Shown here: piece after piece, positions 32,952 through 42,450 of the stretch
How positions within the stretch are numbered: the stretch's first letter is position 1
Layout: the number at the start of each line of letters is the position of its first letter
NCBI GenBank assembly: GCA_020053375.1
Contig: JAGVNG010000005.1
Span: forward strand, 1-50,841
Length of the DNA: 50,841 bases
DNA from: Nanobdellota archaeon
Lineage (GTDB): Archaea > Nanobdellota > Nanobdellia > Pacearchaeales > GW2011-AR1
Direction of reading: 5' to 3'
Position numbers and translations under genes: made by a program
The notes under the pieces: model-generated
The model's database searches: none
Seen by the model: only the letters and a program-made list of their open reading frames with translations
Told to the model about the DNA's origin: nothing

Positions 32952-33455
32952 ATGACAATTGAAACAGTTCTTCAGCATTGGGTATTAACCGATTTTGTAT
33001 ATCCTTTCCTGCTTGTATTCTTCATAGCATTCGCAGCGCTTGAAAAATCAAAAATTTTGGGAGATGACAAAAGGCAGCTCAATGCGATGGTTTCTTTTGT
33101 AATCGGACTTATTTTTGTTGGGGCGATATTCCCAAAGATGGTTGTTGGCAACATGATTTTATTCCTGACAGTTTCCCTTATAGTGGTATTTGTATTTCTG
33201 CTTTTGTGGGGATTCATTATGGGAGAAAATATAAAAATGGACAGCAAACCTCTTAAATATTTTTCAGCTGCATTAATATTTGTTGCAGTTGTATTGGCAG
33301 TGTTTTGGGCAATAGGTTCATGGGGAATATTTACTACTCTCTATAACTTTTTATTTCATCAGACTTGGAGCAAGGAATTCTGGACAAATGCCTTGTTTGT
33401 ATTGGTTATCATAGGAGCAATTGCGTCTGTGATTAAGCCAACAAAGAAGTCTTAA
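32952..33455 (+). CDS. Integral membrane protein (167 aa), a paralogue of 33604..34179
   Basis: It has four to five TM helices. The N-terminal block HWVLTDFVYPFLLVFFIAFAAL...NAMVSFVIGLIFVG parallels NYWEQAGFFSYVLPFLLIFCIVYVT...ISAVIAVSVGLLS in the next gene. Confidence 0.5.
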   Translation: MTIETVLQHWVLTDFVYPFLLVFFIAFAALEKSKILGDDKRQLNAMVSFVIGLIFVGAIFPKMVVGNMILFLTVSLIVVFVFLLLWGFIMGENIKMDSKPLKYFSAALIFVAVVLAVFWAIGSWGIFTTLYNFLFHQTWSKEFWTNALFVLVIIGAIASVIKPTKKS

Positions 33456-33603
33456 AGAAAATTTTAATATCTGAACATCTCTCTTCTAATTAAAAATAAA
33501 CTGTTTTTATCATTAACCTCTGGTTTTTTATCTTCTATATTCTTGTTATGGATTTCGTAAAAAATAGAGAAATCTTTATAAATAATCCTGAGTAACCAAT
33601 AAT

Positions 33604-34179
33604 ATGTTTGAAGGCATATCAATTTTAGCATCGTATGGATTCTTTCAAGGAGGAATAGGTGATTTGCTTAATTATTGGGAGCAGGCTGGATTTTTTAGTT
33701 ATGTCCTTCCATTCTTGCTGATATTTTGCATTGTTTATGTGACAATTAATAATATAAAACTTTTTGAACAAAACAAGGCAATTAGTGCGGTAATAGCTGT
33801 TTCTGTTGGTTTGCTTTCTCTTCAATATGACATGGTGCCATTATTTTTTGCAGAATTATTTCCACGAATTGGAATTGGATTATCTATGATATTAGCTTTA
33901 TTAATTCTTAGTGGCTTGTTTATAGATCCTAAAGATAATACAATGAAGTGGGGGCTATTCGGGGTTTCAATAATTATTTTGATAGCTGTTCTTTATGATT
34001 CTACGGAGTTTTCAGGGGGATATTATCTTTATTATCTTCTTGATCCCCAGATAATGTCATGGGTGTTCTTTATAGGACTAATTGGAATAGTTGTAGGTGC
34101 GGTTACTAAAAAGAAGCCTGAATTACCTAAGATTAATATTCCTTTGTTTGGGAAACCTGGAGATCAAGTCCCATACTAA
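33604..34179 (+). CDS. Integral membrane protein (191 aa), a paralogue of 32952..33455
   Basis: See 32952..33455. It has five predicted TM helices. Confidence 0.5.
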   Translation: MFEGISILASYGFFQGGIGDLLNYWEQAGFFSYVLPFLLIFCIVYVTINNIKLFEQNKAISAVIAVSVGLLSLQYDMVPLFFAELFPRIGIGLSMILALLILSGLFIDPKDNTMKWGLFGVSIIILIAVLYDSTEFSGGYYLYYLLDPQIMSWVFFIGLIGIVVGAVTKKKPELPKINIPLFGKPGDQVPY

Positions 34180-34202
34180 ACTTTTAATTTTTTGAAGAAT
34201 TC

Positions 34203-35066
34203 TTATTTTTTCTTAGAACGCTTTTTAGTTTTAGCCGCTGACTTATGAGTTACCCCATGATGCTTGCCTGAAGGGTTTGCTGAATGGGCTATGGGATGAT
34301 GTGTGACTGGATGTTGGATTGGAGCACTATGTGTTTGCTCTGCTGAAGGAGAGGGATGCCGGGCTGCAGGAGTTACAGCATGTTCTGTTGGAGTATGATG
34401 TGCGGGATGAGATTGCTGTGTGTGATGATGCTCTGTCGCTGATGCGAGTATCTTTCCATATGCTCCCTGCATCATCGAAAGCTCTTTTTTCACGCTTTCT
34501 ATTCCTGACCCATATGCGCCGACTTTTTCAAGGATTGCGCTTTGAAGCCTGTCTATGATGCTTTCTATTCTCTTCAGCCTTTCAAATATGCCGTCTGTTT
34601 TTGCCTGATAGATGGTTTTGAATTCATTTAAGTCTTCCAGTTGCTGCTGTATTTTTTTTATCTTTTCGCTGAATACCTGCTGGGCAATTTCTACCATTGT
34701 GTCCGCATCTGTTTCCGCATAATTTTGTTCTTGGGGATATATTTCCTGATAAGATTGGTTTGAAACATATTGTGATGGTTGGGCACGTTCTGGTCTTGGG
34801 GTATAAACATCTTCTGCTCCTTCTTCCGTGCTTTGCTGATACCCATGCTCATTTTGAGGTATTGGGGCATTCTCATCGTTGTATTCTGCCTGAGGAGCTT
34901 CTATGTCCTCCATTCCAGTGTTACCAACCGCATTTTTTATATTTGCTTGATTTAAAGCGTCATTTATTGCCTTTGGATAAATTCCCTGCTCCTCCAAATG
35001 CGAGGCTATATCCTGGTCGGACATTCCCTGCCCACGCATTTGTATTATCTGATCTAAAATGCCCAT
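34203..35066 (-). CDS. Coiled-coil protein with a small N-terminal helical domain, an acidic linker and a His-rich, Lys-terminated tail
   Basis: The N-terminus is MGILDQIIQMRGQGMSDQDIASHLEEQGIYPKAINDAL. A central Q/E/Y-rich linker and a heptad region (KIKKIQQQLEDLNEFK...) follow. The tail is HHHTQQSHPAHHTPTEH...HHPIAHSANPSGKHHGVTHKSAAKTKKRSKKK. Confidence 0.55.
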   Translation of the reverse strand: MGILDQIIQMRGQGMSDQDIASHLEEQGIYPKAINDALNQANIKNAVGNTGMEDIEAPQAEYNDENAPIPQNEHGYQQSTEEGAEDVYTPRPERAQPSQYVSNQSYQEIYPQEQNYAETDADTMVEIAQQVFSEKIKKIQQQLEDLNEFKTIYQAKTDGIFERLKRIESIIDRLQSAILEKVGAYGSGIESVKKELSMMQGAYGKILASATEHHHTQQSHPAHHTPTEHAVTPAARHPSPSAEQTHSAPIQHPVTHHPIAHSANPSGKHHGVTHKSAAKTKKRSKKK

Positions 35067-35108
35067 TTTTTATTGACACTTCTTTTTATTATTAACATTT
35101 TTATTGTT

Positions 35109-35438
35109 TTAAATTCTTTTTCTTAGGCTATCTGATGGCTGAAACATTTTTGCCTGCTTGTACAATATATCCAAATCTTCTTTTTTTGCGAATTTTGAAA
35201 ATTCTTCTGATGCTGTTTCTATGAACAATATCAATCTCTGCATATTGTTCTTTAGTATTTCTATATCCTTCTTTATTTCCAATATCTTCCTATCTGAATT
35301 TTCCTTCATGTCTATGAGATTTTGGCCTATCAAAAGAGCTCTGTCTTTCAAAACCCGATATTTTTCCTCAATATCCCTCAGTTTTGTATGAAGATTACCC
35401 ATCTCCTGTCCAGAATATGAATACTCGCTTTCAGCCAT
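35109..35438 (-). CDS. Small coiled-coil protein (109 aa from ATG 35438)
   Basis: Heptad-rich sequence LRDIEEKYRVLKDRALLIGQNLIDMKENSDRKILEIKKDIEILKNNMQRL. The gene is divergent from the pilus ATPase gene. Confidence 0.5.
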   Translation of the reverse strand: MAESEYSYSGQEMGNLHTKLRDIEEKYRVLKDRALLIGQNLIDMKENSDRKILEIKKDIEILKNNMQRLILFIETASEEFSKFAKKEDLDILYKQAKMFQPSDSLRKRI

Positions 35439-35576
35439 CTTCAAATAATGCGAGGCTGGTTTAAATTTGTTGCTATTATATATTTGTTACATTGCTACGC
35501 AAAATATTTTAAACTGGGTTGTCTTTTCTAACTTATGCAATTCAAAGTAAACGAGGGTTTCCATTAAAATTCAAAA

Positions 35577-37868
35577 ATGAACTTTAAAGAAGGGACAAAG
35601 ATCTACGCATATGAAGTAAGAAGAGAGGGAGGAGAGGATATACTCTATGTAAATTATATGGGGGCTCCATATGTTCCTAGCCTTGAAGATTCGGGGGAAG
35701 TAATGGAAAGGACAATTGATTTCTTGATAGAAAATCCCCAAGCATCGAGAATTGTATTTGTTCAGCAGAAAAATTATAATTATGATTTCAGAGAAACATT
35801 GATGCTTTTGGAAATAGCCCAGAGATATGTTTTTCTTCTGAAGCAGGAAAAAGTCTTGTCACAGGAAAAATTAATCAGTCCTGGATGTGAGCAGTTTTTT
35901 TCCCAAAGATATAATGAATTGTTTTCATTTCTTTTTCTTCTAAAGCGGGACCCGATATTAGCTTACAGCGATCTCAACAGGCTGAGAATTGAAGCCAAAA
36001 TTTCTCTTGATAAAAAAAATGACAAATATAAGAATGATCAGTCAAGTTACATAAGACTCCTAGAGAAAATAATTGGACTTCTAGAGAATACTAAAATCAT
36101 TCAAGAGATAACGCCTTATCTGAATGAATATTCCTCTGGAGACCGGAATATTTACCACAAGATTTTCAAAGTGGATACAATACCTAATTTTACATTTACT
36201 CGATTGGTTTCAGACCTGCCGTCAGACGCCGAGATAGTGAATCAATATAAGATTATTGGAGACGATTATGATGAATCTCTTGTCACCATCTTAAAAAAGA
36301 AAAATGAGCCTAAATTTATTTATCATCTTATTCCTCCTGAAAACACGCTTTCAGAAGACCATAATATTCTTCTGAATCTTGCGAGGGGCGTTTTGATAGA
36401 ACATCAGCCAAAGGCAGAAGAATTTGTTGATACTGAGAGAACAAGGCAGGTTTTTTTCAACATTTCAAGAGACTTGTTGCAGGATTTAGCGCAGACGAAA
36501 AAGATATCTCTTTCTTTTTCGGATGTTAATAAATTAGCCACAATTCTTGTCAGGCATACAATCGGTTTTGGACTCATTGAAGTTTTGCTGCAGGATAAAA
36601 AATTGCAGGATATTTCCCTAAATGCCCCTATACCAATGACTTCTGTTTTTGTAAGACATCAGGATTATGATGAATGCATTACAAACATACTTCCAAGCCA
36701 GGAAGATACTGACTCTTGGGCTGCGAAGTTTAGATTAATTTCAGGAAGACCGCTTGATGAAGCAAATCCAATATTAGACACACAATTGGAAATAGGAAAA
36801 ATTCGTGCAAGAATAGCAATTATCCAGCGACCCTTGTCCCCCGACGGGCTTGCATATTCAATAAGAAGACATAGGGAAGAGCCATGGACACTTCCATTAT
36901 TTATACAAAATAAAATGATTAATCCTTTTGCTGCCGGATTGATGAGTTTCATGGTAGACGGTGCTAGAACGATACTGGTCGCAGGAACAAGAAGTTCTGG
37001 TAAGACTTCATTGCTTGGGAGTCTTATGCTTGAGATAATTCCAAAGTTTAGAGTCATAGTGATAGAAGATTCGTTGGAGTTGCCGGTAGAATCCCTTAGA
37101 AAATTAGGGTATGATATTTTGAGAATGAAAGTCCGTTCCGCGTTGCTGAAAACAACTTCCGAAATGTCTGCCGATGACGGAATAAGAACAAGCCTTAGAC
37201 TTGGAGATAGCTGTCTGATTATTGGAGAAGTAAGAAGCGTTGAAGCAAAAGCACTTTATGAGGCAATGAGAATAGGCGCTTTGGCTAATGTTGTGGCGGG
37301 AACCATTCACGGAGCTTCTCCTTATGCTGTTTTTGATAGAGTTGTTAATGATTTGGAGGTTCCAATAACCAGCTTCAAAGCAACTGATTTAGTCGCGGTG
37401 GCGAATCCAATAAAATCTGCAGATGGGTTGCATTCTTGGAAGAGGCTTCTCCAGTTTGCAGAAGTAAGAAAACATTGGAAGCAGGACCCTCTTCTGGAAA
37501 AGGGTTTTGTTGATTTACTGAGATATAATGTAGAGAAGGACGAGCTCGAGCCGACAGAGGATTTGATAAATGGGGAGAGTGAGATAATAAAGGACATAGC
37601 TTCAAATGTAAGAGGATGGGCTGGAAATTGGGATGCAGTATATGACAACATTCTTTTGCGGGCTAAAATAAAAAAAGAACTTGTTGATACTGCGCAGAAA
37701 ATAGGGGATATGAATCTTCTTGAATCAGAGTTTAATACCCTCGCAAATCATTCATTTCACGAGATATCTGACAATGTAAGCAAGGAAATAGGACTTCCAA
37801 TGTCAAGCAGGGTTTTTCCCGAATGGCAGAAGTGGCTAAATCAGGAAGTTAAGAAAAGGAGAATCTGA
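35577..37868 (+). CDS. Type II/IV secretion-family ATPase (PilB/FlaI/VirB11-like) with a long N-terminal extension
   Basis: Walker A is VAGTRSSGKTSLL. The Asp box / Walker B are RVIVIEDSLEL and LIIGEVRS. The His box is GTIHGASP. About 400 aa lie N-terminal to the ATPase core. Confidence 0.85.
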   Translation: MNFKEGTKIYAYEVRREGGEDILYVNYMGAPYVPSLEDSGEVMERTIDFLIENPQASRIVFVQQKNYNYDFRETLMLLEIAQRYVFLLKQEKVLSQEKLISPGCEQFFSQRYNELFSFLFLLKRDPILAYSDLNRLRIEAKISLDKKNDKYKNDQSSYIRLLEKIIGLLENTKIIQEITPYLNEYSSGDRNIYHKIFKVDTIPNFTFTRLVSDLPSDAEIVNQYKIIGDDYDESLVTILKKKNEPKFIYHLIPPENTLSEDHNILLNLARGVLIEHQPKAEEFVDTERTRQVFFNISRDLLQDLAQTKKISLSFSDVNKLATILVRHTIGFGLIEVLLQDKKLQDISLNAPIPMTSVFVRHQDYDECITNILPSQEDTDSWAAKFRLISGRPLDEANPILDTQLEIGKIRARIAIIQRPLSPDGLAYSIRRHREEPWTLPLFIQNKMINPFAAGLMSFMVDGARTILVAGTRSSGKTSLLGSLMLEIIPKFRVIVIEDSLELPVESLRKLGYDILRMKVRSALLKTTSEMSADDGIRTSLRLGDSCLIIGEVRSVEAKALYEAMRIGALANVVAGTIHGASPYAVFDRVVNDLEVPITSFKATDLVAVANPIKSADGLHSWKRLLQFAEVRKHWKQDPLLEKGFVDLLRYNVEKDELEPTEDLINGESEIIKDIASNVRGWAGNWDAVYDNILLRAKIKKELVDTAQKIGDMNLLESEFNTLANHSFHEISDNVSKEIGLPMSSRVFPEWQKWLNQEVKKRRI

Positions 37869-37953
37869 GTTTTTTTAATCCCAAAATTTATTAACTTTTA
37901 TTGAATTTTTCCAAGGATAATATTTATAAACTTGTGGAACAAATATATTCCAT

Positions 37954-38502
37954 ATGGAACGAAAAGATTACAAATTAGAAGTAATCGGCGAACTGTTGAG
38001 CAGAAAATCGCATGCCCGTGCTCTTGCCAAAAAAATGAGCACCAATCATACTACTATATTAAGAAAGCTCAATGAACTTTATGCGGAAAATGCTGTTGAT
38101 TATGACAAAGAGGGAAAAAACAAATCTTATTTTTTAAAAAAGACTTCAGAAGCCAAGACTTATGCCTTTATGGCGGAAAACTATAAACTAAAAAAAGCCC
38201 TTGGGAAATACCCTATTTTAAGAAATGTCATTGAAAAAATACGGGAAAACCGAGCCATTAAGATTGCTATCCTTTTTGGCTCTTATGCAAAATTTTCCGC
38301 TAACAAGGAAAGTGATATAGATGTATATGTAGATACTTTAAGTCAGAAGCTTAAACAGGAAATAGAAAAAATAGATTCGAGAATTAATGCAAAGATAGGC
38401 AGGTATGATGGAAAAAACCTGTTAATCAAGGAAATAGAAAAAAATCATATAATAATAAAAGGAGTTGAAAATTTTTATGAACGAAATAGATTTTTTGAAT
38501 AA
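37954..38502 (+). CDS. Winged-helix plus minimal nucleotidyltransferase (MNT-type antitoxin-like)
   Basis: The N-terminal wHTH is RALAKKMSTNHTTILRKLNELYAENAV. The NTase motif is ILFGSYAKFSANKESDIDVYVD. Confidence 0.75.
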   Translation: MERKDYKLEVIGELLSRKSHARALAKKMSTNHTTILRKLNELYAENAVDYDKEGKNKSYFLKKTSEAKTYAFMAENYKLKKALGKYPILRNVIEKIRENRAIKIAILFGSYAKFSANKESDIDVYVDTLSQKLKQEIEKIDSRINAKIGRYDGKNLLIKEIEKNHIIIKGVENFYERNRFFE

Positions 38503-38971
38503 ATTAAAAAAAGAAGGCAGACTTGGACCAACTGAAATGAGCAATGAGATAAAAATGTCTTATTTGAAAAAATCTGAAAGTAATATCTTTTCAGCCAAAC
38601 TATTGCTTGAAAATGAAAAGTTGGAAGAGGCTATCTCTTTGGCATATTACAGCATGTACAATATGTTGCTTGCTCTTTTATTTAATACGGGCATCAAGAG
38701 TGAAAATCATTCTGCCTCAATTATTCTTTTAAATATGATCTTTGGATTGGATAATTCAGGCATCTTAAGAGCAAAAAAAGAAAGAATACAATCTCAGTAT
38801 TATGTTAATTTTAAACTAAAAAAACAGGAAGTTAAGGATTTATTAAAGATAACTGAAGATTTCAATGCGGGAACTCTTGACTTCATATCAAAACTTACCA
38901 ATGACAGGATTAATGCCTATAGGAATAAATTTATTAAAATGATAAAATTTGATATAAACAAGGGAGACTAA
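38477..38971 (+). CDS. HEPN-domain protein (toxin-like partner of the MNT)
   Basis: It is all-helical. AISLAYYSMYNMLLALLFNTGIKSENHSASI is followed by KKERIQSQYY, the HEPN PF05168-like pattern. It overlaps the NTase gene by 26 nt. Confidence 0.65.
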   Translation: MNEIDFLNKLKKEGRLGPTEMSNEIKMSYLKKSESNIFSAKLLLENEKLEEAISLAYYSMYNMLLALLFNTGIKSENHSASIILLNMIFGLDNSGILRAKKERIQSQYYVNFKLKKQEVKDLLKITEDFNAGTLDFISKLTNDRINAYRNKFIKMIKFDINKGD

Positions 38972-38984
38972 AAGAGATGATAAA

Positions 38985-41138
38985 ATGCCTGATGTAAAAG
39001 ATATTCTTAGAAAATATGGAAGCAAGATAGAAGGACAGATTAACACCTCCAATATGAAGGGAGGCGATTACAGCCAGGAATATACCAGATTCAAAGAGGA
39101 GATGGCTCCAGAACTTTCAAAATATGAAAGATGGTGCAGAAGCCTTGGAAATATAATAAAATTAAATATTGCCGAGAAAGACAAGACGGCAATAAAGAGG
39201 CAGCTTGAAATTGCGCATCTTGATGTTGAGCCTTCCCAAGCGCTGACTTTGAGCGTTATGGCATTTGTAGGTGTTTTTTTAATAGGACTCTTGGTTTCTG
39301 TCGCGGTAATGCTGATTAATGAAACCATCGAATCATTTCCATTTCTGTTTTTTATCCTGATGGTTGTTTTTTCAGTGTTTCTTTTTTATTTCGTGAATGG
39401 ATATCCTGCGCGACTGGCGAATAAATGGCGGCTAAAAGCAAGCAGTCAGATGGTTCCTGCCATTCTTTATGTTGTTGTATATATGAGGCACACGCCTAAT
39501 TTAGAAAAAGCAATTGGTTTTGCATCAGAGCACTTGCAATATCCACTTGCATTAGATTTCAAGAAGGTATTTTATGATGTTGAAATAGGCAGATTTTCGA
39601 CAATAAAAGACAGTTTGGATAATTATCTTGAGACATGGAGAGATTACTCTATTGAATTCATAGAATCATTCCACCTTATCGAAAGCAGTTTGTTTGAGCC
39701 AGATAATCTGAGGAGAATAACCATACTCGAAAAGTCATTGCAGGTTGTTTTAGATGGGGTATATGAAAAGATGCTTAAATTCACGCATGACGTGCGAAGC
39801 CCATTGAATACAGTGTATATGCTTGGAGTTGTTCTTCCCACACTTGGAGTGGTGCTTATCCCTCTCGCTTCCGCAATGATTGGTGAACTGATAAAGACTA
39901 TTCATGTGTTCATACTTTTTAATTTAATAATTCCTTTTTTGGTTTTTTATCTTACGGATAAGATAATGTTGCTGAGGCCAGGAGGACATGGAGAAACAGA
40001 GTTATTGGAAAGAAATCCATTATATTACAAATACAAGACAAACAAACCATATGCTGCCGCGTTTCTTCTGACATTCCCTCTCTTTGTATTGGGCATGCTT
40101 CCATTGATATTTGGATTTACTCCCCTTCCAGAGATGATTGGACTTCAGAAAGATTATACTTTCGTTGAACTAGGAATGGGATTCCTTGGAAACGAGCAGT
40201 TGTTTGGGTTTATCTCAGATGCTTCCGGAACAACGGGGCCATTTGGAATAGGCGCATTGATGTTCAGCATGCTTGTTCCCTTGTCAATTGCCCTGTTCTT
40301 TTCAATGGCATTCAAGGAAAAGACGGAGGAGCTTATTGTAGAAAGGGAAAAAACAAAACAGCTCGAAGCAGAGTTCAACAATTCATTGTTCCAGCTGGGA
40401 AACAGGATAGGAAACGGGATTCCTCCAGAAATAGCTTTTGGAAAAATTGCAGAGTCTTCAAAAGGGTTAAGGACAGAGGATTTTTTCAGAAGAGTCAATT
40501 ATAACATAAGGCAAGGGGGAATGAGTGTTGAGAATGCGATATTCAACCAAAGCACGGGAGCACTGAGATATTATCCCTCTGAATTAATCTCCACCAGTAT
40601 GAAAATTCTTGTTGAATCTGCAAAGAAAGGCTTGAGCATCGCTGCGCTCAGCTTAATGAGCATTTCCGAATATGTCAAAAACATCCACAAGATAAACCAG
40701 AGACTTCAGGATATGCTTGCAGAGATAGTTTCTGATATGAAGAGCAACATGACATTCCTTGCTCCATTACTGTTGGGTGTTGTTGTCGGACTGGCGGCGA
40801 TGATAACAGCTATATTGAATAAGTTAGATCTTTCAGAATTAAGCGGAGCGGATTTAGGCGGAATATCAAATTTTGTTGGAGAAGATGGAATTTTCCAATT
40901 AAGTCAAATGATTCCTCCTTATTATCTTCAGTTGATTATAGGTGTGTACATAATAGAAATAATATTCATCCTGACAACAACCCTTGTTACGATAGACTCC
41001 GGAGAAAACAAGCTTGAAAGAACATATAATGCAGGAAGGAATTTCTCAAGAGGAATATTCCTTTATTTCATAGTCGCGGTTGTCTCTGTGCTCGCGTTGT
41101 TCCTATTGTCGTCTATTGTATTGGGAAATATAATATAA
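38985..41138 (+). CDS. Polytopic membrane protein, the putative pilus assembly platform (FlaJ/TadC/PilC-like)
   Basis: At 717 aa it has two blocks of TM helices separated by soluble helical domains. It occupies the position next to the secretion ATPase that is typical of archaeal T4P loci. The family call rests on context and topology only. Confidence 0.55.
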   Translation: MPDVKDILRKYGSKIEGQINTSNMKGGDYSQEYTRFKEEMAPELSKYERWCRSLGNIIKLNIAEKDKTAIKRQLEIAHLDVEPSQALTLSVMAFVGVFLIGLLVSVAVMLINETIESFPFLFFILMVVFSVFLFYFVNGYPARLANKWRLKASSQMVPAILYVVVYMRHTPNLEKAIGFASEHLQYPLALDFKKVFYDVEIGRFSTIKDSLDNYLETWRDYSIEFIESFHLIESSLFEPDNLRRITILEKSLQVVLDGVYEKMLKFTHDVRSPLNTVYMLGVVLPTLGVVLIPLASAMIGELIKTIHVFILFNLIIPFLVFYLTDKIMLLRPGGHGETELLERNPLYYKYKTNKPYAAAFLLTFPLFVLGMLPLIFGFTPLPEMIGLQKDYTFVELGMGFLGNEQLFGFISDASGTTGPFGIGALMFSMLVPLSIALFFSMAFKEKTEELIVEREKTKQLEAEFNNSLFQLGNRIGNGIPPEIAFGKIAESSKGLRTEDFFRRVNYNIRQGGMSVENAIFNQSTGALRYYPSELISTSMKILVESAKKGLSIAALSLMSISEYVKNIHKINQRLQDMLAEIVSDMKSNMTFLAPLLLGVVVGLAAMITAILNKLDLSELSGADLGGISNFVGEDGIFQLSQMIPPYYLQLIIGVYIIEIIFILTTTLVTIDSGENKLERTYNAGRNFSRGIFLYFIVAVVSVLALFLLSSIVLGNII

Positions 41139-41169
41139 AAATTTATAAATGATTAATTCATATTATAGA

Positions 41170-41280
41170 AATGGTAAATGAAGATCCATATAACCCTAAG
41201 TCATCAACATGGAAATGGATAGTTGGGATTGGAATCCTTGCTATTGTCTATTTTGCTTTGAAATATTTTGGAATAATATA
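41170..41280 (+). CDS. Micro-ORF, 36-aa single-TM peptide
   Basis: MVNEDPYNPKSSTWKWIVGIGILAIVYFALKYFGII. A TATA-like AAAATTTATAAAT lies about 20-30 nt upstream of the ATG. It falls below the ORF-track cutoff. Confidence 0.3.
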
Positions 41281-41294
41281 ATTTAATTTTTTAA

Positions 41295-41311
41295 TCAGTT
41301 AAATTTATTAA
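41295..41311 (+). promoter_or_regulatory. Copy 1 of a repeated 17-mer, TCAGTTAAATTTATTAA, containing a TATA-like box
   Basis: It is identical to 41559..41575 and ends 21 nt before the ATG at 41333. Confidence 0.4.
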
Positions 41312-41332
41312 TCTTATATCCTATCCTCTGGA

Positions 41333-41566
41333 ATGGATTGGAAACCTCTTTTAACAGGCATATTATTTCTATTAGACGCTCTTTTAGGATATGGCGGGAG
41401 CAATAGTTCCTTTTATTATGCGCCTGGAATAATGTTTTTAGCAGGCGGATTTGTGGGAAAAGAATTATTTAATGGAAAAATTATTAGTTTTGTCACTTGG
41501 ATTTGCTTAATTATTAGTATTATCATGTTTGTTTCTGGAATAATGGGAATAAATTTATTCAGTTAA
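41333..41566 (+). CDS. Small membrane protein (77 aa, three TM helices)
   Basis: It is hydrophobic throughout and is preceded by the TATA-like 17-mer. Confidence 0.4.
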   Translation: MDWKPLLTGILFLLDALLGYGGSNSSFYYAPGIMFLAGGFVGKELFNGKIISFVTWICLIISIIMFVSGIMGINLFS

Positions 41567-41575
41567 ATTTATTAA
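41559..41575 (+). promoter_or_regulatory. Copy 2 of the repeated 17-mer TCAGTTAAATTTATTAA
   Basis: It is identical to 41295..41311 and ends 21 nt before the ATG at 41597. Confidence 0.4.
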
Positions 41576-41596
41576 ATGGAAGTTGTTTTTCTACTT

Positions 41597-41746
41597 ATGA
41601 AAAAAAGAGGTATTGTTGCAGATTATATTCCCTGGTTGATTATAGGAATTGCAGTTTTGGCAATAGTTATGATTGCCTTGTTTCTTTTAAGGGGACAGGG
41701 AGAAGGACTTATAGACAGAATTAAAAGTTTATTTGGAGGTATTTAA
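41597..41746 (+). CDS. 49-aa pilin-like peptide with a class III signal peptide
   Basis: MKKRG/IVADYIPWLIIGIAVLAIVMIALFLL has a basic leader ending in RG followed by a hydrophobic helix. It falls below the ORF-track cutoff. Confidence 0.45.
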   Translation: MKKRGIVADYIPWLIIGIAVLAIVMIALFLLRGQGEGLIDRIKSLFGGI

Positions 41747-41757
41747 TTTAATACAAA

Positions 41758-41925
41758 ATGACGGAAGAGCTAAGCATTGGTTATACAATCAAAATTATAT
41801 TGGGGCTCCTAGTGATAATAGCTGTTGTTGCAGGAATTTATCTTATCTTTAAGGATAAGATAATTGTCTTTTTCAAAAATCTTCCTGTTGGAAATGTGTC
41901 AAAGATATTTTTGAGTTTGATATAA
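41758..41925 (+). CDS. Micro-ORF, 55-aa single-TM peptide
   Basis: MTEELSIGYTIKIILGLLVIIAVVAGIYLIF... It falls below the ORF-track cutoff. Confidence 0.35.
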   Translation: MTEELSIGYTIKIILGLLVIIAVVAGIYLIFKDKIIVFFKNLPVGNVSKIFLSLI

Positions 41926-41967
41926 AATAATCTTTTCAAAAAAGATTAGACAAAACTAAGAAAGAAG

Positions 41968-42450
41968 ATGAAAAAAAATAAGAGGGGTTTTTTTCTTGCA
42001 GAGGAAACTCTAAAGATAGTGCTGGCCGTGATTGTTATAATCTTTCTGATTTATTTTCTCGCATCCCTTTATTTCTCGGGCAAGGACTCGGAAGATTTGA
42101 AACTTGCAGAGGAGTCAATGAACTATTTGAATGAGCAGATGGGTTTGAAATCTACAGAAGTTCAAATTTATAATCCGAAAGGATGGATAATAACTGCATG
42201 GGAGACGGGGGGAGAAATGCCTCTTCAATGCTCTAACTTAGGATGGAAAAACTGCGTATGTTTTTGTGAAAGACATTTTGATTATTTGGGATTTTTCAAA
42301 AATACTCCTTTAGAAGATTGTAATGAAGACAATTATTGTCTTGAATATAACAAAGAAGTCTTTATTAAAGACAACGCTCTTAGGATAGATAATTCTCCAA
42401 TTACACTTGAAATAAACTACGGGGACAAAATAGAGGTAAGCAAAAAATAA
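41968..42450 (+). CDS. Pilin-like protein with a class III signal peptide (160 aa)
   Basis: MKKNKRG/FFLAEETLKIVLAVIVIIFLIYFL has Glu at +5 after the predicted cleavage. The globular part is Cys-containing. Confidence 0.6.
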   Translation: MKKNKRGFFLAEETLKIVLAVIVIIFLIYFLASLYFSGKDSEDLKLAEESMNYLNEQMGLKSTEVQIYNPKGWIITAWETGGEMPLQCSNLGWKNCVCFCERHFDYLGFFKNTPLEDCNEDNYCLEYNKEVFIKDNALRIDNSPITLEINYGDKIEVSKK

